Source: Fibrobacterota bacterium (GTDB taxonomy: Bacteria; Fibrobacterota; Fibrobacteria; UBA11236). Taken from it: 17,275 nt of DNA. Within the stretch, counting starts at the first letter, position 1; every line of letters begins with the position of its first letter. The stretch is from positions 1-17,275 of the forward strand of contig JAYUVP010000334.1 in NCBI GenBank assembly GCA_043753995.1, given 5' to 3'. Shown here one piece after another: positions 1 through 7,279 of the stretch. The notes under the pieces were generated by a model. It saw nothing but the letters and a program-made list of their open reading frames with translations, had not been told where the DNA came from and searched no databases. Position numbers and translations under genes: made by a program.

Positions 1-7
1 GTTTTCA

Positions 8-2086
8 TTAAGCGCTTCTTTGGGCCGTGCGAATGGGCTGAAATGGAGACGGCTTTTGTGATTGTGCCGGTTTTCCGGGGCTGCCTTGCATTTGGGTGGC
101 ATGGGCTTGGGCTCGGAATATCCATCGTTTGCCTTCGGATATTTCATTCAAAGCTACGGCGTGATCCTTGTATTTCAATACCGTTCCTGGATAGGCTTTA
201 CCGCTAACCGTTATCAGGCAGTCCTCGGAGTTATACAGGTTTTTTTCCAGCAGGCGTATTTCCTCTTTCAAAGCTTGCTCGGATTTGCCGATGAAGGGAA
301 GTATCCCCTTTGTCCTCAATTCCAGCAATCGAATTTCTGGAGTTGCTTGGGCACCCTGTTTCCCCAAAGCCTCCAGTTTGATGAGGATTTTGGACAGGAA
401 TTCCTTATCTGCGAACATGTTTTTCAATAGCTCATTTTTCTCTTCAAGTTCCTGTTCGACTTCGAAATCCTTTCCGACCTCCAAAATGGTTTTGGTGCCG
501 CCTTGATTTCCCACGTTGGCGATTTCGATATTGCCGAAAGCTTTCAAATGGCCACCTACCACAGAGTGCACGGAAGTTTTCATGAGGATTGATTTTTTGG
601 CGTACAAAATCGCATTGATGACTTCATTGTAGACGAGAATATTGGAATGGGATTCGATGCGTTGATTGCGGATATGGCCAATGGTGACTGAACTCAGTTT
701 CGATTTGATCACGCCCTTGCCGCTGCCGACGAATCCGCCGCGCACCACGATGGCGCCATCCGAGGTAATACAGCCATCTTCCACGGCGCCCTTGATTTCC
801 ACATCGCCATGGGCCTTGATTTCCATGTTGTTGCGCAAATCACCTTTGATTTCCACTGAACCTGGAAAGTCGATATTTCCCGTTTTGAGGGAGATATCCG
901 AGGTGATTTCCAAGGTCTCGGCGACCTCTGGAACTCCATGCGCGATGGTTAAGCGCCCATCTTTGCTGGCAGCCACGGACAGGCCGCCTTCGCCTTGCCT
1001 CTCGGTATTCTTTCCGAGCGGCAAATCAAAGGGAGCGTAAGTTGGGGGAAGGATGGGCTGGCCGAAAACATCCATGCCCAATTTTCCTTCGACTGGGGGA
1101 TGGATCTTGGCAAGAATGTCGCCTTTTTTCACTGAGCGGAAAAAAGAAAAGCTCTTAAAATCAACTTTGCCGGTGAGTGCGGGGTCTGGAATTTCTGGCT
1201 CGGGATCCACTAATAATTCTTGATGTCCATCCCGCCCTGGTATGCAAGGCCGGCCCTTAATCACCACGACATCCTGGTCTTTGTTTTCCTGTAAAAATTC
1301 TCGAAGCGCTTGACTGAGTTGCTTTTCCGGAACCATTGAGGCCAGTCCCTTTTGGGCCAGGACCTGCTTCAGGAAATTCAGGTTGGGCTGCATATCCTCA
1401 AAATCTTGATGACGAAGAATCAGGTGAACCGACATTTTATCCGGCGCTATCGAGATGGGATCAGTTCCCGCTCCGCGAGGCCCACTCACATTCAAGACAT
1501 TGTTTTCAAGTATTAAAAAACCCTTTTTGAGGGATATCCAACGTTGAGGATGGGCTAAAATTGAATTCCCCGGTTCAGGCAATGCCGTGGCGGAGGCCTC
1601 GGGGGCTAGCGCCTCCCCTCGGATTCCTTTTCCAAGCTTACCTGGGTGGATGGTGAGATATTCCAAGATTTTTGCGTCTTTTTCGACGACGCATTCCGAT
1701 CCTACCCCTTTTCCAAGGGTGTCCCAGTCTTCGCAGAGAAGGCGGGTTTTCAAGGCGGCAATGTCCTCGGGAACGCATAAATAGGGGACATAAAACACCA
1801 AACCCTCCACCTGATCGGGCTGGGCCGGAATGCCATGCGCAATAATAATGGATGCTATTTCTTCAATTGGATTGGGTGCGTTTTCAAGCGATGCCTGGTC
1901 TAAGAGGGATTGAACTTGGCTGAGTGCGGAATCGTCAAGGCAGGTTGAATCGCATCCGTGATTTTCCAATGCTCTCTTCAAGGCGGACACATTCGGAAAC
2001 TCCGCCTTGCAGCGAACCGGATCAAAGTCGAAAAAGCGAAGGGTGGCTTCTAAGCCTCCCGTTTCCAACTTTATTTCAAACCGCAT
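8..2086 (-). CDS. FapA / DUF342 family protein (flagellar assembly protein A-like) with a duplicated N-terminal region
   Basis: 692-aa ORF. It has typical DUF342 motifs (KGRPCIPGRDG, GKVDFK, VKKGDILAKIHPPVEGKLGMDVFG), a beta-solenoid stretch (TGNIDFPGSVEIKGD...AHGDVEIKGAVE...GAIVVRGG), VVGGHLKAF...VGNQGGTKTILEVG, a coiled-coil and a YPGT motif. The start overlaps the stop of the upstream receiver gene by 11 nt. Confidence 0.9.
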   Translation of the reverse strand: MRFEIKLETGGLEATLRFFDFDPVRCKAEFPNVSALKRALENHGCDSTCLDDSALSQVQSLLDQASLENAPNPIEEIASIIIAHGIPAQPDQVEGLVFYVPYLCVPEDIAALKTRLLCEDWDTLGKGVGSECVVEKDAKILEYLTIHPGKLGKGIRGEALAPEASATALPEPGNSILAHPQRWISLKKGFLILENNVLNVSGPRGAGTDPISIAPDKMSVHLILRHQDFEDMQPNLNFLKQVLAQKGLASMVPEKQLSQALREFLQENKDQDVVVIKGRPCIPGRDGHQELLVDPEPEIPDPALTGKVDFKSFSFFRSVKKGDILAKIHPPVEGKLGMDVFGQPILPPTYAPFDLPLGKNTERQGEGGLSVAASKDGRLTIAHGVPEVAETLEITSDISLKTGNIDFPGSVEIKGDLRNNMEIKAHGDVEIKGAVEDGCITSDGAIVVRGGFVGSGKGVIKSKLSSVTIGHIRNQRIESHSNILVYNEVINAILYAKKSILMKTSVHSVVGGHLKAFGNIEIANVGNQGGTKTILEVGKDFEVEQELEEKNELLKNMFADKEFLSKILIKLEALGKQGAQATPEIRLLELRTKGILPFIGKSEQALKEEIRLLEKNLYNSEDCLITVSGKAYPGTVLKYKDHAVALNEISEGKRWIFRAQAHATQMQGSPGKPAQSQKPSPFQPIRTAQRSA

Positions 2087-2543
2087 CGTTCATCCGTATT
2101 TCCCATTTCCGCAGAACGGCCAACAAGTGTTCCATTTCTTTGGGCGAGATCTCAATGGGTTTGGCTGCATCTTCGAGGTATTTTGCGAATTCGGTCAAAT
2201 CCAAGGGTTTTGCGAGTTCACCGATACAGTTTGGAAATTTGGAATAATCCGTTTTTCCCAGCGACCGAGTCTCCGACATGATTAAGACCGGAGCCGTGAT
2301 TTTGGCGCGTATGAGCCCATTCAGCAAGCGGGAGATCTCCATTCCGGCCAATGGCGCGCCTATGAGTATCAATCGATAGGGCTTCATCAAAGCGTGATGA
2401 AAGGCAACGGGTCCCGAATCGAATGACTCGACGGTATAGCTCCTAGCCTGGCAGAATCTCTCGACTAACCGCAAAAGCGGTGCCGGAGAGTTGACATGCA
2501 AAAGCCTATGTACGGGTGGAAGGGATGGCTTTGGTGGGCTCAC
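2076..2543 (-). CDS. Atypical (pseudo-)response regulator receiver domain protein
   Basis: 155 aa, GTG start. The CheY-like pattern RLLHVNS...YTVESFDSG..A....KPYRLILIG...APVLIMS...LAKPLDL is present, but the acidic pair (VNS for VDD) and the phosphoacceptor Asp (LILIG for LILLD) are lost. Ser and KP are kept. Confidence 0.75.
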   Translation of the reverse strand: MSPPKPSLPPVHRLLHVNSPAPLLRLVERFCQARSYTVESFDSGPVAFHHALMKPYRLILIGAPLAGMEISRLLNGLIRAKITAPVLIMSETRSLGKTDYSKFPNCIGELAKPLDLTEFAKYLEDAAKPIEISPKEMEHLLAVLRKWEIRMNDAV

Positions 2544-2550
2544 GGCGAAA

Positions 2551-2579
2551 ATTAAATCACTTCAAAAAGCATAAGTCAA
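2551..2579 (-). promoter_or_regulatory. Sigma70-type promoter for the pseudo-receiver/FapA operon
   Basis: The minus strand reads TTGACT (2579-2574), a 17-nt spacer, then TTTAAT (2556-2551) with an extended -10 TG, followed by 7 nt and the GTG start at 2543. Confidence 0.7.
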
Positions 2580-2650
2580 CCCTGTATTCCAATTTAAAGT
2601 GAAATAGGGATGCACATCACGAAGGATATTCTGGCAAAGTCTGCGCCGGA

Positions 2651-2659
2651 TGATATAAT
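2651..2659 (+). promoter_or_regulatory. Extended -10 promoter element (TGnTATAAT) for the cheX-like/cheY/kinase operon
   Basis: TGATATAAT at 2651-2659, 11 nt before the ATG at 2671. No Shine-Dalgarno lies in between. Confidence 0.6.
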
Positions 2660-2670
2660 CCGTCTGCGAT

Positions 2671-3159
2671 ATGCAAGCAGAACAGTTAAAATCGCTGGTG
2701 GAAGGCAACTTTGAAAAGTTGATAGCCGGAGGCATCCGCGGTGTTTATCCCTTCGAATTCTCCGGGATTCCCGCGCCCAAGCAGCAATACCGAATTGATT
2801 CGCCCGTTGTCAACAATCAACTGGTATTTTCTCCCAGCACGCAAATCATTTCGTTTTTAATTATGGAGCTTCCCTCTATCATGGAGGCTTCACAAAAGCT
2901 CTTTCCTAAAAAGTCTAGGAATGACGGCTTGAAAATGATTGTTTCAGCGCATAATGAAATCTTAAATTCGGCAAGTTCCAAGCTCGCCATGGTATTAGCC
3001 AGGATAGACGGCAAGAGCGATATCGTCGTGACTCCTCCCATGGTATCGAACCAAGCCGGCGATAATGGCATTCCCTTAAACGTCAGCGAGTGCCTTTTTT
3101 GGACATTTCGTTTCGAAAAAATCGCTTTTGATTTAATCGTCACAATTCAAATGATTTGA
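2671..3159 (+). CDS. Divergent CheX/CheC-like phosphatase-fold protein
   Basis: 162 aa. A helix carries the E-x-x-N motif (SAHNEILNSASS) followed by IVVTPPMV, the pattern seen in CheC/CheX proteins. The gene is adjacent to a clearer CheX and a CheY. Confidence 0.6.
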   Translation: MQAEQLKSLVEGNFEKLIAGGIRGVYPFEFSGIPAPKQQYRIDSPVVNNQLVFSPSTQIISFLIMELPSIMEASQKLFPKKSRNDGLKMIVSAHNEILNSASSKLAMVLARIDGKSDIVVTPPMVSNQAGDNGIPLNVSECLFWTFRFEKIAFDLIVTIQMI

Positions 3160-3171
3160 GGACGGGGGCCT

Positions 3172-3663
3172 ATGTTCACTGAAGCCCTGGTGCAAAAATA
3201 TTTACAGGAAATTCTTCCCGAATTTGAAAATTGTTCCCGGCGGGCGATTGAAAGTATTTTGGACGTGCCGACTCGCTGTCCTCGGGAATTCCGGATTTCA
3301 CCCAACCTTTTCCATCCGAGTTCATTGGCATGCATCATTCATTCCAGTAATGAGGCCATCGATGCCAATCTCATTGTGGGAGTGAGCCGAACGGATTTCT
3401 CTGAATTGCTGGCAGCCAAGCAAGACGTTGGGGAATTGCCTGATATCATTGGAGAGACGGCAAATGTCATTGCGGGTAATTTCATTAGCCGTGGCACTTA
3501 TCGGGAACGATTCGGCGATATGCTCCTCTCCCCTCCCCTCGTTTCTGTCAATGAAAGTAGTCCCAGGCAAGCATGGAGCTTGCAAGGGATAGTCATGGTA
3601 AAATCAGCTAAACTCTTCGTTGGATTCTTGGTTCAATCCACGCAAAGGAACGACCCGTCATGA
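3172..3663 (+). CDS. cheX: CheX-family chemotaxis phosphatase
   Basis: 163 aa. The canonical CheX motif DIIGETANVIAGNF is followed by LLSPPLV. A purine-rich RBS (GAGGACGGGGG) lies upstream, and the stop overlaps the cheY-like start (ATGA). Confidence 0.82.
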   Translation: MFTEALVQKYLQEILPEFENCSRRAIESILDVPTRCPREFRISPNLFHPSSLACIIHSSNEAIDANLIVGVSRTDFSELLAAKQDVGELPDIIGETANVIAGNFISRGTYRERFGDMLLSPPLVSVNESSPRQAWSLQGIVMVKSAKLFVGFLVQSTQRNDPS

Positions 3664-4055
3664 AAAAGACTGTTATCATCGTTGACGATTCCGCCTTCAT
3701 GGTGAACATGCTTCAAGATTTTTTCCAAGATCAATTGGGCTATGATGTGCTCGGCACGGGGAGTAATGGTATTCACGCCGTTGAATTATATCGCAAGCAC
3801 AAGCCTGATTTGATCACTTTGGACTTGACCATGCCGATCAGGGATGGGTATGCGGCATTGAAAGAAATTATGAATGAGTTTCCGCAAGCTCGCGTTTTGA
3901 TTATAACCTCCTTGATCGGTCCCGCCGTCCTAGAATGCATAAAGGTGGGGGCTAGGGCCTATATAGAGAAGCCTCTGCGCTTGAAGGAGGACGAATTTTG
4001 CAATGAGTTCCGTCAAACTTTGGATGAGGCCTTCAGGGAAAGGGCCTCGAAATAG
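3660..4055 (+). CDS. Single-domain CheY-like response regulator
   Basis: 131 aa. The active site is complete: VIIVDD (D9, D10), KPDLITLDLTMP (D55), IITS (T83), YIEKP (K104). There is no output domain. RBS AAGGA and an ATGA overlap with cheX. Confidence 0.93.
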   Translation: MKKTVIIVDDSAFMVNMLQDFFQDQLGYDVLGTGSNGIHAVELYRKHKPDLITLDLTMPIRDGYAALKEIMNEFPQARVLIITSLIGPAVLECIKVGARAYIEKPLRLKEDEFCNEFRQTLDEAFRERASK

Positions 4056-4114
4056 CAAAGCATTCGGACTCCGGGGATTCCTCTGCAAAGAGCCAACCTG
4101 ATGGTAGAACCGTC

Positions 4115-6469
4115 ATGGGTAAGGACGGGGATATTCCTGGAAAGCCTTCCAGGGTTTGGAAAGCCCGGATCAAAACCAAACTTTTCTTCGGTTTTGCTGT
4201 CTCGATAGCTACCGCGCTGGGCGTGGTTTTCAGTTGCCTCATGGCGCTGGATTACTTGAGAACAACGCGGGATTTGGAAAAGGTCGAGCAAACCCTTCGC
4301 GCCAATATCATCAATAAAGGAAAGCAGCTGGCATTCAACAGCAGCCTTGCCATGCGGTCATTGGCCGAGGAAAATTCGATCACCACAATACGCGAAATCG
4401 TATCGAGTACGGTGGATGGGGATTCCGATATCGTATATGGGATTTTTATGGACCCGGAAAGCAAGCCTTGGGTGATTTGGGAACGAAAGGAAAAACTCGC
4501 CGATATCCGCGGCTCTTTGCTCGACTCCACGAGTCGTTGGGCGGCTACGATTTCCGCCCCAGGTTATCGTAGCCGAGTGGAGGGCGGCATTGAAGTCATC
4601 GAGTTTGCCGCACCTGTACGAAAATGGGAAGAACAATTCGGGGTCATCCGTTTCGGGTTAACGACCGAGTCCATGCATAAGGCCATTCTGAGGGCAAAAC
4701 TTCTTTCTCAGGAAACTCGCAATCAAACCTTATTTCTGTTTTTGCTTGCTGCGGTTTTCACCTTTATTGTTGCCTCGGTCGTGGCGACCGTGGTGGCGGC
4801 AAAAATAACCCAGCCCATCACCGACTTAAAAACATTCGCAACTCGAATGGCGGGCGGTGACTACGAGTTGCCGGTGAAAATAGAAGGTTCTGACGAGATT
4901 TCCATTTTGGCCGAATCCTTTGAAGCGATGCGCTTGAAAATCAATGACTACATGCAAAATCTACAGCGTTTAGTGGATGCGAAAGTGCATCAGGTGCGTG
5001 ATATCCTGGACAATATTGAGCAAGGGTTATTCACCTTCAATCTCGATTTGAAAATCAACGAGGACAGCTCTAAAAATGCCGCTTTGATCCTCGGCTTCAA
5101 CCAAATCACGGGGCTTACCTTGGCGGATATCCTGCGGCTTTCACCTAAAGACGAGGCATTATTCCGCGATTGGGTTGTTTTGGTGAGCCAGGAACATGCC
5201 TATCAAAGGTGGAATAAGCTTTCTAAGCTGGCACCGATTCATGAAATTCAAATCGAGTCCCCGGGTGGGACGCGACAAATTGTTTTGGAATACCAAAGGA
5301 TACTGGATAGGAAAGGGCGTCTTTCCAGTGTCATGGCCCTGGCGACCGATGTCACGGAGTCACGCAAAGCAGAACTGCGGTTGCGACAGGAAAAAACTCA
5401 GCATGAGAAGACAGTCAAGACATTCATGAATCTTTCCAGGCACACTCCCGAAACCATAGTTGATTTCTTGAAAGACGCAGGGGAGAAGCTTCGTGGCATG
5501 AGGAAAAAAATATCGGAAATAGGCAAAGCTTCCCCCAGTGATCAGCAGGCTTGGGTGACTCAAATTTTTCGGGACTGCCATACCATCAAAGGAAATGCCG
5601 GTGCCTTCGGTTTCGAAGCCTTGGCCATGGCGGCTGAGAATTTAGAAAACCTCTTACAGGCTTCCGCTTCGTCGCCGGATATGGAATTGATGAATCAAAT
5701 TCCAGAAGCCAAAAAAATTGTGGAAACCATGGTTCGGGAAAACAGCGATATCGATGAGGTTTTTCATATCCTCACCGGCAATTCAAAGGACGCTTCTATC
5801 AGGATTGCAGAAAGCAAGGTTCGTGCGATTCGAGAAATGGCCGAAGCGGTTTCGGGCCAAACCTTAAACCAGGAACTGACTTCCCTCGTAGAATTCAGCC
5901 GCAGACTCAGTAATCAATCTTTTTTCTCTTCAACGACTAAGTATCGTGAGCTTGTAAAGCGAGCGGCATTGAAAGCCGGAAAAATGGCGGAGCTCGTGAT
6001 TTCTCCGCCCGATTTGGAAGTGGATCCTAAGATATTGGCGAAGTTCGACGAAGCCTTGGTGCACTTATTGCGAAACGCCGTGGCTCATGGGATAAAGGGC
6101 GAGGCGCCAGAAAAGGAGGGTGAGAAGGCCAAGGGTAAAATAATATTCAGCTGTTCCATCGGGGAGGACGGCTCCTATACCTTTTCGATCCAAGATGATG
6201 GACCGGGCATCGATGTAGGAACCTTGGTGGAAAAAGCTATTGAGGCTGGTATTGTGGCTCCTGAGGCCATTGCGGGTATGGCCGACCAGGAGAAGCTGGG
6301 TTTGATCTTCGCGCCGGGCCTAAGCGCATCTTCGCAATCGGATTCGCTGTCAGGGCGTGGATTGGGAATGTCGATTGCAGCAGATTGCGTGCACCTCGCT
6401 GGAGGAAAAATTTCCTTGGAATCCCGACCAGGTTGGGGAACGCGCTTTGTCATTATCACCCATGCCTAA
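4115..6469 (+). CDS. Membrane-bound CheA-like (class II) histidine kinase: TM-extracytoplasmic sensor-TM-HAMP-PAS-HPt-HATPase, without a CheW domain
   Basis: 784 aa. Two hydrophobic segments (LFFGFAVSIATALGVVFSCLMAL; LFLFLLAAVFTFIVASVVATVVA). HAMP (ITQPITDL...GGDY...SDEISILAESFEAM). PAS-like region (ILDNIEQGLFTF...ATDVTE). HPt (IFRDCHTIKGNAG, His489). CheA-type ATPase boxes (LVHLLRNAVAHGI, DDGPGID, IFAPGLS, SGRGLGM, GTRF). The ORF ends directly after the ATPase domain. Confidence 0.9.
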   Translation: MGKDGDIPGKPSRVWKARIKTKLFFGFAVSIATALGVVFSCLMALDYLRTTRDLEKVEQTLRANIINKGKQLAFNSSLAMRSLAEENSITTIREIVSSTVDGDSDIVYGIFMDPESKPWVIWERKEKLADIRGSLLDSTSRWAATISAPGYRSRVEGGIEVIEFAAPVRKWEEQFGVIRFGLTTESMHKAILRAKLLSQETRNQTLFLFLLAAVFTFIVASVVATVVAAKITQPITDLKTFATRMAGGDYELPVKIEGSDEISILAESFEAMRLKINDYMQNLQRLVDAKVHQVRDILDNIEQGLFTFNLDLKINEDSSKNAALILGFNQITGLTLADILRLSPKDEALFRDWVVLVSQEHAYQRWNKLSKLAPIHEIQIESPGGTRQIVLEYQRILDRKGRLSSVMALATDVTESRKAELRLRQEKTQHEKTVKTFMNLSRHTPETIVDFLKDAGEKLRGMRKKISEIGKASPSDQQAWVTQIFRDCHTIKGNAGAFGFEALAMAAENLENLLQASASSPDMELMNQIPEAKKIVETMVRENSDIDEVFHILTGNSKDASIRIAESKVRAIREMAEAVSGQTLNQELTSLVEFSRRLSNQSFFSSTTKYRELVKRAALKAGKMAELVISPPDLEVDPKILAKFDEALVHLLRNAVAHGIKGEAPEKEGEKAKGKIIFSCSIGEDGSYTFSIQDDGPGIDVGTLVEKAIEAGIVAPEAIAGMADQEKLGLIFAPGLSASSQSDSLSGRGLGMSIAADCVHLAGGKISLESRPGWGTRFVIITHA

Positions 6470-6507
6470 GATGCGGCATACTCCAGTTTGGGTAAGGAAT
6501 ATCTGGA

Positions 6508-6538
6508 TTGCGCGTGATTTTATGGGAATGGATATAAT
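6508..6538 (+). promoter_or_regulatory. Possible internal promoter for the two binding-protein genes
   Basis: TTGCGC (6508-6513), a 19-nt spacer (longer than ideal), a perfect TATAAT (6533-6538), then 9 nt to the ATG at 6548. Confidence 0.4.
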
Positions 6539-6547
6539 GTCTCCTAG

Positions 6548-7279
6548 ATGTTCCCACAGTTTCAGCCCATCCTCCGGGATTCAAGAATTGTATTCCAGGC
6601 CGGGATGGCTATTTCATTTTTCTTCGCTATGACCTGCTGCGGCGAATCACCCCTGTTGATATGCGTTCCCGGTGGTCAATCCCCTGGTCGCATTGATTCG
6701 GTGTTCAGCCGGGTCCTAGCTCCGGTTCCGGTGATGGGGTTCCAGCGCATCAAGGATTTGGATGAAGTCCTTCCCACCTACCCTGGATCACCCGTGATCG
6801 GCTCTGTCGCCTATGTGCGCTATTTACCAGGCTACTCGATCATGCTGCAGGGTAAGAAGGGACAACACAAACAGAAGAAGTTTCTAATCATCAGCGGTAA
6901 TCAGGCCATCACGCGCGCAAATGTCGAAACAATCAAGATCGGGGTTTTGGATTTCCTGGGGCGAGAGAAAATGCCGGGCTTCGTCAAGGATGCCTTTGGG
7001 CTTTCCTTATCCAAATTAAAGCGAGTCAGCAAAAAGGAGGATTTGCAAAGTTTATTGGGAATGGAATTGGTCGACGCAGCCATCATTGAAGAATCCGATC
7101 TGGCTGAAATGAAAGCTGACACCAAGCTAAAGCTCTTCATCGTGATGGAATCCAAACCCATGGATAGCTTTCCGGTTTTTGCCTGCTCAGACACAACGGG
7201 ATGTCTTGAGCTTCGCAATAAATTATCCCTTCAACCGAAAGCGGTATTGCAATCCTTGACCCTAGAGGGGTGGGAGTGA
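6548..7279 (+). CDS. Exported protein, probable periplasmic-binding-protein type 2 fold (PhnD/phosphonate-binding-like)
   Basis: 243 aa. N-terminal hydrophobic signal-like stretch (IVFQAGMAISFFFAMTCC). Alpha/beta pattern with KIGVLD and LLGMELVDAAII, reminiscent of the 'G.VDAA' motif of PBP2 proteins, and a C-terminal P..V...L...L..L pattern. The start codon is uncertain. Confidence 0.5.
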   Translation: MFPQFQPILRDSRIVFQAGMAISFFFAMTCCGESPLLICVPGGQSPGRIDSVFSRVLAPVPVMGFQRIKDLDEVLPTYPGSPVIGSVAYVRYLPGYSIMLQGKKGQHKQKKFLIISGNQAITRANVETIKIGVLDFLGREKMPGFVKDAFGLSLSKLKRVSKKEDLQSLLGMELVDAAIIEESDLAEMKADTKLKLFIVMESKPMDSFPVFACSDTTGCLELRNKLSLQPKAVLQSLTLEGWE

